A stretch of 64,000 bases of DNA, taken from Clostridiales bacterium. GTDB taxonomy: Bacteria > Bacillota > Clostridia > Saccharofermentanales > Saccharofermentanaceae. Positions 30,154-40,135 of the stretch are shown in pieces. The stretch covers positions 224,146 to 288,145 of the forward strand of contig JAFWDK010000019.1 of the NCBI GenBank assembly GCA_017513085.1, in the 5' to 3' direction. Numbering within the stretch: the first letter of the stretch is position 1; each line of letters opens with the position of its first letter. Position numbers and translations under genes: made by a program. The notes beneath the pieces are model-generated. The model saw only the letters and a program-made list of their open reading frames with translations, was not told the DNA's origin and searched no databases.

Positions 30154-30810
30154 TCAGATCAGCTGCTGCTCATTGATGATCAATTTGAACTGAAGTCCCA
30201 GCGTCTCCGCTGCTTTACGGCACAGCACCATTCGCTGCAAAAAGATCTCGAAATAGTCCATTACGGAGCTATAGTGTGTATCGACCGCGAGTTTCAGCTT
30301 GATGATCGTATGCGCCTCGTTGATCTTCAGTTCGGACTTGGTGACCGAATAGTTGACGCGGTCATGAATATCGAAGGAGGTCTTGTCCTCATTACGGACA
30401 CGGTTGCGCCGCACATCGCTCTTATCCGCGAGGATCAGAGCTGCGGCAAGAGAGCTTACGGGAACGCCCGTTCCTTCATCGTGATTTCCGATCGCCGTGA
30501 CGATCATGCCGATCTCCTCCGGCGGAAATCCCATCTCGTTCAAGAGCCGAAAAGCAATCAGCGCGCCCGACTGACTGTGATCCACCCGGTTCACCAGATT
30601 ACCGATGTCATGGAGATACCCTGCAATTTTGACCAGCTCCACGGTTCTCTTAGGATATCCCAACGTCTCCAGAATATAGCCGGCCGTCTCCGCCACGAGC
30701 GTAACGTGTGCAAACCCATGCTCGGTATAACCGAGCGCATCCAGTGACTCATTGGCTTGCTTGATATATATTTTGATCACTTCGTTATTCTTAATCTCTT
30801 CGTAAGTCAT
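30154..30810 (-). CDS. HD domain phosphohydrolase
   Basis: TEHGFAH, GYLHDIGN, HSQSGA, IGNHDE, LADKSD. Confidence 0.9.
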   Translation of the reverse strand: MTYEEIKNNEVIKIYIKQANESLDALGYTEHGFAHVTLVAETAGYILETLGYPKRTVELVKIAGYLHDIGNLVNRVDHSQSGALIAFRLLNEMGFPPEEIGMIVTAIGNHDEGTGVPVSSLAAALILADKSDVRRNRVRNEDKTSFDIHDRVNYSVTKSELKINEAHTIIKLKLAVDTHYSSVMDYFEIFLQRMVLCRKAAETLGLQFKLIINEQQLI

Positions 30811-30986
30811 ATTATTGTCCTATGTATTGAAATTCTCTTTCTCATCTTCTAAACATGCATCCATTATAACATGCCGAAAAAAGCTCGCCGCAAAGCACTG
30901 AAATTTCGGCACTCTACCAACAGTCGGTTGCTGATTCAAGCCAAATCTGATAGGTTTAGACTAGAAAAATATCAGGGAGGCACCTT

Positions 30987-33900
30987 ATGGGTTACCGGAA
31001 GTTCTTAAGTTTTTTGATCTCGATCGTAATGACTGTTTCTATCTTCTTTTCTGCATCTTTGGCGGCTGCCGATGAGAACGGAAAAACCTATTCCCTTCCC
31101 GAGGGACTTACGATCACTCTTCCTAAAGAATTCGAAGACGTGGTCTGGGTCGGCATGGATGAGACCGATCCCTATGCAGATTATATCAAGGAATTCTATG
31201 AGTCCGAAGGAATGACACTGTCGGGCTACGCCGATTCGGTAGGCAAGGACGATGGGCAGCTTTTCCAAGTTAAGACTCATGTGAAAGAGGCACCTTCCGA
31301 CGTCAGCGAAGCCACTTTTCTCGATAATGTTGCCGTAAACGAAGCGGATAAAGAATATCTGGAAAGTGTTCAGATCCTCGAAAAAGGTTTTGTCCGATTC
31401 GGTGACATCGAGTTTTACAAGACTTATAGTGAGATCGCAACCAACTTTGAATTCGAAAACCATCACAGCAGATACACGATAAGATCATACAAGAATTCGT
31501 TTGTTACCGAATCAGGAAAGCTTCACGAAATCGAAATATCCATCTTAAGTGATCCGGAGAAGCTTGATGACGCAATTCCGTTTACTGATGAAGATCTTAA
31601 ACATCTGGATGAACTTGAAGCCGACATCATCGGTTCCCTTAAGTATGACGGAAAGACCGTGAATATCAGTGGCGCTTCGTCAGATACAGACACTATATCC
31701 AGAGAAGATGGCAAAACCTATGACCTTCCTGAAGGTCTTACGCTCACCCTGCCGAAAGAATTCGAAGAAGTTCTCTGGGTCGGCATGCAGGATGAAGATA
31801 CGGAATTAACCCGGCAAGTCGGCGCAGATAAGATTATCCAGCAGCTTGAAGAATTAGGCTGTAGTCTTCAAAGCAATTCTCCCGCTGTAGGCAAAGATGA
31901 CGGGCAGATCTTCTTTGTCAGTACAACTGCAAAAGATGCTCCTGCCGATATCAGCGAATCCTCATTGATCGCGCTTCTCGGCGAAAACAAAGATGATCCG
32001 GATGATTATCTTCACATCGATATCCTCGAAAAGGGCCTGGTCCAAGTCGGTGATCTCGAAATGTATAAAGTCTCCTTTGAAGTCTCTATCGAACAGAACA
32101 CAAATGTTCATGTGAAATATAAAACAAGGTCATATATGTACGGGTTCGTTACCGAATCCGGGAAGGTTCACGGCATCGAGATATCGATCTATAGTAATCC
32201 CATGAATCTTGGCGAGACGGTCCCCTTCACTCCCGAAGATCTCGAGCACCTGGATTATCTCGACTCCTATATCAGCGGATCCCTTAAATTTGAAGGAAAA
32301 ACCGTAAAGATCGATGCGGAACCTTACCCGACGCAGGAAAACGGAAACAGCACGCAGCAAACAGATCCCGCTGCAACCGCAACGCCGACGCCGGAAAAGG
32401 CGCCTACAAAAGCACCGGCTAGAAATTTCTTCAAGAGCTTCACAAGTTTCTCATACCCGCTTTGGATCCTGGCAGCTGTACTGGTAGCCATTCTTATTGC
32501 GGGGGCCAAGGCCTCGAAAAGACGGCAGTGGCAGGAAGAACCTTTCGCTCTTGAGACATCCAAAGCGATCCAGGGATTTGCTGCGGTTGCGATCATCCTT
32601 CACCATCTCTCACAGGATCTACTGAAGGATGCCGGACCATTTGAATTCCTGTCCGATTGCGGCGTGCTCTTCGTTGGTATTTTCTTCTTCTTCTCCGGCT
32701 ACGGACTTTTTACCAGCCTTAAGACGAAGAAAGACTATCTCAAAGGGTTCCTTCGGAAGCGTCTCATAACGATCCTGATCCCGTTCTACATGTGCATCGC
32801 GGTATTCACCATTGCCTCCTGTATCTGCGGCACCAAGTATAAACCCTTGGAACTGCTGGAAGTGCTTTCCGGTTGGTCCTTGATCAATATTCACATGTGG
32901 TATATCGTCGAGATCGCGATCTTGTATCTGGCATTCTTTATCATCTTCAAGCTGATTAAAAACCGCACAGCGGCAACGATCGTCATGACCCTCTTCGTCC
33001 TTCTCATGATGGGAGGAAGCCTGTATCTCTGCCACGGCAAAGACATGAGCTGCAGTTACTGGTTCATGGGAGAATGGTGGTACAATGCTTCGATCCTCTT
33101 TATCGTCGGTATTATCGTATCCAAGCATCAGGAAAGTCTTCGAAAGATCGCCAGGAAAGGCTACGTCGTGCTTCTGCCGCTCTTTGGCACCCTGACAGGT
33201 GTTTTCGGTTATATCACGAAACGCTTCCTCGAGAAGTACTCCTACTGGAGCGAGATCCCGGGCAAAGATCCGAGATACCTGGACAAGCTCCGCTGCCTCT
33301 CCGTCCAGGTTCCGTTCATCCTTTTCTTCGTACTCTTCGTCCTGCTTGTCATGATGAAGGTCCGCTTCGGAAACCCTGTCCTGAAGTTCCTCGGCGCCAT
33401 CTCGCTGGAACTCTACCTGATCCACAATCTGTTCCTGAAGGGTCTTTCTGACGGAACGATCTTCAAGGTGAGTTCACCTTCCATGTACATTCTTCTCACG
33501 CTTCTGATGTCGATCGGCATGGCAACCGTGATCAGCGGCGCCGACAAGTACCTGACCGGGTTCTTGAAAGGAATAGGAAAAGGAAAACAGGATACCGCCT
33601 TGGAACAGCAGGCACTTTCTCCTTCCCGCAACCATTCCATCGACTTCATGAGGATCGTGATGGCGTTCCTGGTCGTAACCATCCACCTGCCTTTTGCAGG
33701 AAAAGCCGGCAACGTCTTTATCACATTCGGAAAAACTGCCGTCCCGTTCTTCCTGGTCGTTTGTGGCTATATGTTGTATCGTGACGATGCAAAAGAACTG
33801 ATGTCCCGTCTTCTTAAGCAGACGAAGCGGATCCTGATATTCTTCATTGCATCGAATGTCTTCTATGCGGCTGCCGTGGCACTCTATGACAAGGTTGTGG

Positions 33901-34595
33901 AAGGAAAAGTGAATATGCGTCCGTACTTCACGTCCAAGGCCATAAAAGACTTCCTTCTTTTCAACTTCTCGCCGTTCTCCGAGCATCTGTGGTTCTTCGG
34001 CTCACTGCTTTATGCTCTCGTGATCCTTCTGATCCTGAATAAGTGCAAGATCCTAAAGCCGGCTATATTCTTGGGACCTGTCCTGATCGCCGCTTATGTA
34101 GTGCTTTCGCACATGGGTGTCGGAGAATCCTATCAGCTGAGAAACGCGATCCTGGTCGGTCTGGCCTACACCATGACAGGCATGCTGATCCGAAGATACG
34201 AGAAAAAGATCTTGAAGATCAAGGCCCTGCCTGCGATCCTCGGTATCCTTGCTATCGGTGCAAGTATCGCCGCCATCGTGGAACTGAACACCTACAAGAA
34301 AGGTGTCGAAGTCCCCTTCGTAGGCTGTGAGACCCTGACGATCGTGCTCGTACTTTTGTGCCTCCGCTTCCCGAACTTCGGGAAAGGCACCTATGCAGAA
34401 AAAATCGGCAGAACATGCGCTCTTCCGATCTACGTCATGCACATCTTCACGATGATGGTATTCTACATGACCAAAAACGAAGCCTTCTTCGGAAGATACG
34501 GTGCCGTCACGATCTTCGTTGTGACCGCAGTTGCCGTAGCACTCTACGAGAATATAAAAGAAGCCATCACCTTGGCGGCGTCCTCGCCTTCATAA
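30987..34595 (+). CDS. Membrane protein: signal peptide, two repeated acidic ectodomains, P/T linker, two acyltransferase-3 domains
   Basis: Repeats GKTY.LPEGLT.TLPKEFE. AT3 #1 has IQGFAAVAIILHH, FFFFSGYGL and WYI; AT3 #2 has IDFMRIVMAFLVVTIH, AVPFFLVVCGY and HLWF. Confidence 0.85.
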   Translation: MGYRKFLSFLISIVMTVSIFFSASLAAADENGKTYSLPEGLTITLPKEFEDVVWVGMDETDPYADYIKEFYESEGMTLSGYADSVGKDDGQLFQVKTHVKEAPSDVSEATFLDNVAVNEADKEYLESVQILEKGFVRFGDIEFYKTYSEIATNFEFENHHSRYTIRSYKNSFVTESGKLHEIEISILSDPEKLDDAIPFTDEDLKHLDELEADIIGSLKYDGKTVNISGASSDTDTISREDGKTYDLPEGLTLTLPKEFEEVLWVGMQDEDTELTRQVGADKIIQQLEELGCSLQSNSPAVGKDDGQIFFVSTTAKDAPADISESSLIALLGENKDDPDDYLHIDILEKGLVQVGDLEMYKVSFEVSIEQNTNVHVKYKTRSYMYGFVTESGKVHGIEISIYSNPMNLGETVPFTPEDLEHLDYLDSYISGSLKFEGKTVKIDAEPYPTQENGNSTQQTDPAATATPTPEKAPTKAPARNFFKSFTSFSYPLWILAAVLVAILIAGAKASKRRQWQEEPFALETSKAIQGFAAVAIILHHLSQDLLKDAGPFEFLSDCGVLFVGIFFFFSGYGLFTSLKTKKDYLKGFLRKRLITILIPFYMCIAVFTIASCICGTKYKPLELLEVLSGWSLINIHMWYIVEIAILYLAFFIIFKLIKNRTAATIVMTLFVLLMMGGSLYLCHGKDMSCSYWFMGEWWYNASILFIVGIIVSKHQESLRKIARKGYVVLLPLFGTLTGVFGYITKRFLEKYSYWSEIPGKDPRYLDKLRCLSVQVPFILFFVLFVLLVMMKVRFGNPVLKFLGAISLELYLIHNLFLKGLSDGTIFKVSSPSMYILLTLLMSIGMATVISGADKYLTGFLKGIGKGKQDTALEQQALSPSRNHSIDFMRIVMAFLVVTIHLPFAGKAGNVFITFGKTAVPFFLVVCGYMLYRDDAKELMSRLLKQTKRILIFFIASNVFYAAAVALYDKVVEGKVNMRPYFTSKAIKDFLLFNFSPFSEHLWFFGSLLYALVILLILNKCKILKPAIFLGPVLIAAYVVLSHMGVGESYQLRNAILVGLAYTMTGMLIRRYEKKILKIKALPAILGILAIGASIAAIVELNTYKKGVEVPFVGCETLTIVLVLLCLRFPNFGKGTYAEKIGRTCALPIYVMHIFTMMVFYMTKNEAFFGRYGAVTIFVVTAVAVALYENIKEAITLAASSPS

Positions 34596-34687
34596 AGCGA
34601 AGGCGGACGGGCGCGGCCGCGGAGATGACTCCTGCTGAAATGCTGTTGATGTTTGCGAAAATCGCCGCAGAAATTTAGTGAATAAGT

Positions 34688-36160
34688 TTATAAACCAGGT
34701 CGAACCGGGAATAGGATCTCGGCGCGAAATTCGAAGCCGTAGGGTCTCTCTTCACACGTTGCGGAAAAATCTCCGTCATAGTTTTCGGCAGCGCTCTGGA
34801 TATTCTTCAGGCCGAAGCCGTGGTGCTGATGGTCCTTCTTACTGGTGCGGATCGTCTTGAATACGTGCGGCGCAGAGGCCATCGTCGCCTTACTTTTCAC
34901 ACGTATGCCCATATCCCCGTCCTCTTCCTTTTCCACCACTTTCACCAACTCCGCGCACGGGTTGGTGACACTGATCATGAAGAACCTTTCCGTTTTCTTA
35001 AAACAGACAACGATTTTTTTGAACTCCTCACCGAGGTCCGCCAGGCGCTCATCGGACGTAGCCTCGATCGCATTGTCCAGAAGATTCGCAAGCATCTTGC
35101 ACATATCCTGCGGCGTGATGGAAACCCCTGAGATCACACCATTCGAAACAAGAGAAATACCAAGTTCTTCGGCCTCGGCCGTCTTCGCAGAAAGAATGGC
35201 ATCCGCGATCACATCGCCCGTATGCGCGGAAATGTCCGTGCTCTGCAGATTCGAAGACATCTCCTTGAGGTAGTCGCGCATCTGGTCGTACTCCTGGTTT
35301 CCGAGAAGGAGCATTAGGACCTGCACGTGATTCTTCATGTCGTGCCGGATCGCGCGGATCTCGGAATCAGCCTTGACCGTGGCCTCGTAAAAACGCGTCT
35401 GTGAGGAAACGAGCTCCTCATTGATACGGTTGATGTCCTTAAGATCATCGCGTTCTTTTTGCGAAGCCCGGATATAAAACAAGATGACAAACGCCGAGAT
35501 CGCCAGCAGCATCGACAGGAACAATCCCGTCCTCTGCGCCAAGTCGAACCTCGCAAAATCCATGATCTCTATGCTTTCGGAAGAATAGCCTTTCGCCTGC
35601 ATCGCAAGAAGTATCGAGAACGCCAGATCCACCAGCAGGATCCCGAGGATAACGCGGATCGGAAGTGGCGAATCGTCGTGCTTTCTCCGCATTTTATCCA
35701 GACATACGAAAAGCACTGTCTCGATCAGTATCGTGAGGATCTCCAGGAGAAGATATACCACCGCCCTGTTCGTCTTGTTCGTTATCTCTAACGACAGGAA
35801 GATGATTTCGCGGATCGTTGCGAATATCTCATTGAACGAGATCAAGAGCATGTCGCCGACCAAGGTCAGCACCAGTTTTTTCCAGAGTTTGCACTTCATG
35901 TTGACCAGCATGAGGATCAGCACAAAGATCATCTTCACCACTTCCACCAGATCGTAACCGGCCGCAAACATCACTTCCCCGTTCTTATCCAGGCAAAGAT
36001 GCACAGTGAAGATCGCGGCAAAAACCGAAAACACCCATGACGCAAGGAACGTTGCTTTACGGTTCGTGAAACGGTACTTCAGGACGCCGTCAAACAAATA
36101 CACCGTCAATGGTGCCGAGAAAATAACCGGAAGCATAATGTAAAGTGCTTTGTACCACAT
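34688..36160 (-). CDS. AgrC/VirS-like GHKL sensor histidine kinase
   Basis: Multi-TM N-terminus; RHDMKNH, NLLDNAIEA, TSK...HGFGLKNI. Confidence 0.9.
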   Translation of the reverse strand: MWYKALYIMLPVIFSAPLTVYLFDGVLKYRFTNRKATFLASWVFSVFAAIFTVHLCLDKNGEVMFAAGYDLVEVVKMIFVLILMLVNMKCKLWKKLVLTLVGDMLLISFNEIFATIREIIFLSLEITNKTNRAVVYLLLEILTILIETVLFVCLDKMRRKHDDSPLPIRVILGILLVDLAFSILLAMQAKGYSSESIEIMDFARFDLAQRTGLFLSMLLAISAFVILFYIRASQKERDDLKDINRINEELVSSQTRFYEATVKADSEIRAIRHDMKNHVQVLMLLLGNQEYDQMRDYLKEMSSNLQSTDISAHTGDVIADAILSAKTAEAEELGISLVSNGVISGVSITPQDMCKMLANLLDNAIEATSDERLADLGEEFKKIVVCFKKTERFFMISVTNPCAELVKVVEKEEDGDMGIRVKSKATMASAPHVFKTIRTSKKDHQHHGFGLKNIQSAAENYDGDFSATCEERPYGFEFRAEILFPVRPGL

Positions 36161-36870
36161 TATCGGCCATTACTCCTTATGTAATCGAAGAGTTGTTTCT
36201 TGGCCTCGGCCGCCATTCCGCGCGCGACCGGAAGCACCTCGTCATTATCGAGAAGCACCTCTGTGGCGCCCATTTTTACCACATGTGCGAGGTTGATGTA
36301 ATACGAACGATGAATCTTGGCGAACCCGCTTTCGATTGCATCGATCTTCTCCACAGCCTCGGAGAATTTCATGCGCTGTTCTACTGTCGAGTTAGTGAAG
36401 GCAAACCTTACCGAGTTGTTCGCGGCCTCGGCATACAGCAGCGAAGAGATCGGAAAGATCAGGTTTTCCCCGTCTTTTCGGAGCACGATCTTCTCCTCCA
36501 CTTTAAGCTTCTTCTCGAGATCTTGCAGCGTCTGGCGAAGCTTATTCACATCGATGGGTTTGCCCAAAAAGCGGAACGCGTCGACCTCATATCCATCCAT
36601 CGCGAACTCCGTGTGGCTCGTCAGAAAGATGATCGGGATCTTCTTCGAATACTCACGGATAACCTTCGCCGTACTCATGCCGTCGAGTTCCCGCATCTCG
36701 ATATCAAGGAAGATCGCGTCCGGTTTGAAATCATTTTCGAAACTTCTGACAAGCTCGCGGCCGTCCGAAAAAAGGAAGCAGTTCACGTTCTCGCGGCCGT
36801 AGAGCGAATAAATCATATCGGCAACCTGCTGCCGGAACACACTCTCGTCATCTACTACGGCAATCCGCAT
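36160..36870 (-). CDS. LytTR family response regulator (AgrA-like)
   Basis: IAVVDDE, FLDIEM, FLTSH, KP, KIHRSYYINL. Confidence 0.93.
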   Translation of the reverse strand: MRIAVVDDESVFRQQVADMIYSLYGRENVNCFLFSDGRELVRSFENDFKPDAIFLDIEMRELDGMSTAKVIREYSKKIPIIFLTSHTEFAMDGYEVDAFRFLGKPIDVNKLRQTLQDLEKKLKVEEKIVLRKDGENLIFPISSLLYAEAANNSVRFAFTNSTVEQRMKFSEAVEKIDAIESGFAKIHRSYYINLAHVVKMGATEVLLDNDEVLPVARGMAAEAKKQLFDYIRSNGR

Positions 36871-36913
36871 CGCTACTCCTCCCCAAAAGCACTTGTCGTA
36901 TTCAGTGTATCAC

Positions 36914-37588
36914 TTATCCGACAGTCTTTCCATTGTCGAGCGTGACGATCCTGGTGCCGTACGAAGCGCATTCTTCGGAGTGGGTGACCTGCAGGATAGT
37001 CATGCCCTTTTCCTGATTTAACCGGGTAAAAAGCTCCATGATCTCGCGTGTCGATTTCGAGTCAAGATTTCCCGTCGGCTCATCGGCGAGGATCACCTTC
37101 GGGTCACCAAGGACCGCGCGCGCAATCGCGACACGCTGCTGTTGGCCACCGGAAAGTTTTGCCGGCATGGCGTGGCGCTTCTCGGTCAGTCCCGTGATCT
37201 CGAGGATCTCATCGAGTTCACGCTTGAGTTCCGACTTTTTGTGCCCGTTCATGGTCAGTGGCAGAAGGATATTGTCCTCGACATTGAGGTTCATGACGAG
37301 GTTATAAAACTGGAAGATGAAACCGGTGTTGTCAAGACGGAGCTTTGAAAGCGCACTGTCCTTGAGTGAACCGATGTTCTCGCCGCACAGATCGATGTTG
37401 CCTTCGAAATCTCTGTCGAGGCCACCGATCAGGTACAGAAGCGTGGATTTACCGGAACCGGATGCGCCCATGAGCGAGACGAATTCGCCCTCCGCGACGT
37501 ACATGCATGCGTGGTCCAGCACCTGGTTGATGTTTGTGCCTTTGCCGAAAAACTTGCTGACATTATTGACTTCGATGATCGTGTTCAT
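36914..37588 (-). CDS. ABC transporter ATP-binding protein (LolD/MacB type)
   Basis: [35 protein letters not shown]. Confidence 0.95.
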   Translation of the reverse strand: MNTIIEVNNVSKFFGKGTNINQVLDHACMYVAEGEFVSLMGASGSGKSTLLYLIGGLDRDFEGNIDLCGENIGSLKDSALSKLRLDNTGFIFQFYNLVMNLNVEDNILLPLTMNGHKKSELKRELDEILEITGLTEKRHAMPAKLSGGQQQRVAIARAVLGDPKVILADEPTGNLDSKSTREIMELFTRLNQEKGMTILQVTHSEECASYGTRIVTLDNGKTVG

Positions 37589-37645
37589 TTGATAGTCCTC
37601 CGTTTGTTGTTGTGTTTTATTTGAGCCGGCGGGCGGCCACATCTT

Positions 37646-40135
37646 TTATTCGTACTTGATCTGCTCAGCGATCTTCATTTTTTTCAGGCTTCGGATCGGA
37701 AAAAGCACTGTCGCCGTGAATACGATCGTGAGAAGTAGGAAGAACAGAAATGATCTTCCTGCGTCAGCGTTGACCACGAGACCGATACTTGCGGTGCTGT
37801 CCACGGCGGCACCGATCACTTTTGTCAGGAAATGTCCGATGAGCACGCCGATACCGGCCGAGGCAACCGAGGTGATCAGGACCTCTTTAAAAAGGATCCC
37901 GGACAGTTTCTTTTTGCTCATCGCGGTCGAAAGCATCACGGCGCATTCCTTCTTTCTTCCGGTGAAACCGATAAGCTGGTTGCTGACCGTACCGATGCAT
38001 GTCATTGCTATCGCGAGGACGATGACGATGCCCAGGATGAGTGTGATCTGTGATGCATCTTCTTCTGCGCTCTCCACTTCTTCCCCATAGGTGCGAACGG
38101 AAGAGAACGTGCCCTGGCCGTAGGTCCGGATCGTTGAAACGAGTTTTACCGGATCCGTGCAGTTGACCAGGATGTAGAGCGGTTTGTCCTTAAAGAGCGT
38201 GATGAACTCCTCTTCGGAGAAAAACACTGTGACTTCTCCGCCTTCGAGCGGTGACGTTTTGACGATGTCCGCGATGGTGTACGTTCTTGTCACCGGTAGA
38301 AGTCCGTCCGGATGGATCGTAATATCAAGTGAATCACCTTCTTTATATCCGTTTTTCTTCGCATATCGGCTGTCGAGCACGACCGTGCCGGATCTGATTT
38401 TGGAAGGAAGCATCTCGTATCCTTTATAAAGGTGGTAACCACCCTCCGGGAAACCATATATCGTCGCACGGGTCTTCTCTGCGGCGTCGGCTTTCCCGAT
38501 CATCACATCATCAAGCAGGCTGTATATCCGCTCTGTCCCGGTCACGCCTTCGAGGCGGTCGACATAGGAGTAATACTTTCCCGGTTTTGAGCACGTGATG
38601 ACTGCATCGCAGTTGAAACTCACTTCACGCATGGATTCAGACATGGCCCCGGCGATAGAGAAAACGATCACACACATCGACGCCGCAGTGGCAAGCAGGA
38701 CACCACTGCCGACAGTGCTTTTGCGGGAGACGGTTTCGGCCGAAGCCAGAGACCAGCTTGCACTTCCAATCTTCGATGCAATCCCGGAAACCACAAAAGT
38801 CACGAAGCGAAGGATCATCGGGAACAGCAGTGCCAGCGCGATCACCGTACACAGCAGGCACGCAGTCGCGCCGAGAAGATTAGACCGCAGAAAGAATGTC
38901 CCTATCGAAAGCGCCAGGAGGATCAGGCCGGCAATCGTGAGCGCACGGCTGAAACGGTACTCCGTGTCACGGTTATCAAAAATGATGTCACGAATGGACG
39001 TCTTCAGCGCTTTTAGGATGGCACGAAGCGGGATCAGGCACTCGATCAGGATCGCGCCCAGGACGATGCCCACCGGAAGGACCGGCGACATTGCCGGCAT
39101 GGTCAACTGCAAGCTCTCCCCCGCGCTCGTTTCCATCGTAAAAACCGAACCCAGGATCGGCTCGCGGAAAAGAAGGTACAGGAGTGTTGCCGGGATGCTT
39201 CCGAGAAGCGCGTAGAGCACGTTTTCCAGGATCAGGATGCGTCCCGTCCTTTTCGCGCTCATGCCGAGACTGCGAAGCGTGCCGATAAAACTCATTCTCT
39301 CGCTGACGATGCGGTTGCAGATCGATGCGGTCACGAAAACGACCAGCAGGAACATGATTGCAAAAAGCAGATATAAGAAGGCTTTCAGTTCATCGAGCGT
39401 TTTCTGTTCCTGCTTCGAAAGCGCCATTTTCGAGACATCCGCGTCCGGGTACTTTTCCTTAAGGAGCGCCTCCACCTCATCGATCCTGTTGTCGTCGGCA
39501 AGATCGATCTGCGCAAAAGAGATCTTCTTCACGCCGCACATCAATCGTCCGGCCGTCGCTTCATTAACGACGCCGCGGCTGCCCATCAGCATCACGTTTT
39601 TCGTGGATTTCGGGATCAAGCCCGCAACCGTCAGCTCGACTTCGTCCTCAGCGAGGTCATGTACTGTGATCTTGTCGCCGGTTTTGTATCCTGTTTTTTC
39701 TGCAAAAGCACTTCCTATCAGGATCTCGTCATCCCGGATGTTTGTGATGTCGGTACAGCCGAGCTTTGTCGCCTGCACAGGGTCCAGTCCGAGTATGCTC
39801 ATTTCTTCGGTTGTAACATAGTTATATTCGTTCTTGATCTTCAGATAGAATTTCTCGTTCTTCGCACTGACCGTCAGGATCTCAGCCTCCGGCAGGATTT
39901 CTGCCATGTCCGAAATGTCCATACCTCCCGACGTGACCATGAGGTCCGCTGTCGATGTTTTTCCGACCAGTTCCGAAGCCAAGTCTTCGATCGTACTTCC
40001 GATGTCGAAGCTAAGATACCCGCAGAAGCAGCAGGCAAAGATAGAAAACACGATGAGCAATGTGCGGAACGGTTTTCCGAATATGTTTTTAAACGAATTT
40101 TTCAATACGATCCTCATGCTTCTCACCTCACTCAT
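37646..40135 (-). CDS. FtsX-like ABC permease (two repeats)
   Basis: ERMSFIGTLRSLGMS and RKKECAVMLSTAMS repeats with large extracellular loops. Confidence 0.9.
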   Translation of the reverse strand: MSEVRSMRIVLKNSFKNIFGKPFRTLLIVFSIFACCFCGYLSFDIGSTIEDLASELVGKTSTADLMVTSGGMDISDMAEILPEAEILTVSAKNEKFYLKIKNEYNYVTTEEMSILGLDPVQATKLGCTDITNIRDDEILIGSAFAEKTGYKTGDKITVHDLAEDEVELTVAGLIPKSTKNVMLMGSRGVVNEATAGRLMCGVKKISFAQIDLADDNRIDEVEALLKEKYPDADVSKMALSKQEQKTLDELKAFLYLLFAIMFLLVVFVTASICNRIVSERMSFIGTLRSLGMSAKRTGRILILENVLYALLGSIPATLLYLLFREPILGSVFTMETSAGESLQLTMPAMSPVLPVGIVLGAILIECLIPLRAILKALKTSIRDIIFDNRDTEYRFSRALTIAGLILLALSIGTFFLRSNLLGATACLLCTVIALALLFPMILRFVTFVVSGIASKIGSASWSLASAETVSRKSTVGSGVLLATAASMCVIVFSIAGAMSESMREVSFNCDAVITCSKPGKYYSYVDRLEGVTGTERIYSLLDDVMIGKADAAEKTRATIYGFPEGGYHLYKGYEMLPSKIRSGTVVLDSRYAKKNGYKEGDSLDITIHPDGLLPVTRTYTIADIVKTSPLEGGEVTVFFSEEEFITLFKDKPLYILVNCTDPVKLVSTIRTYGQGTFSSVRTYGEEVESAEEDASQITLILGIVIVLAIAMTCIGTVSNQLIGFTGRKKECAVMLSTAMSKKKLSGILFKEVLITSVASAGIGVLIGHFLTKVIGAAVDSTASIGLVVNADAGRSFLFFLLLTIVFTATVLFPIRSLKKMKIAEQIKYE

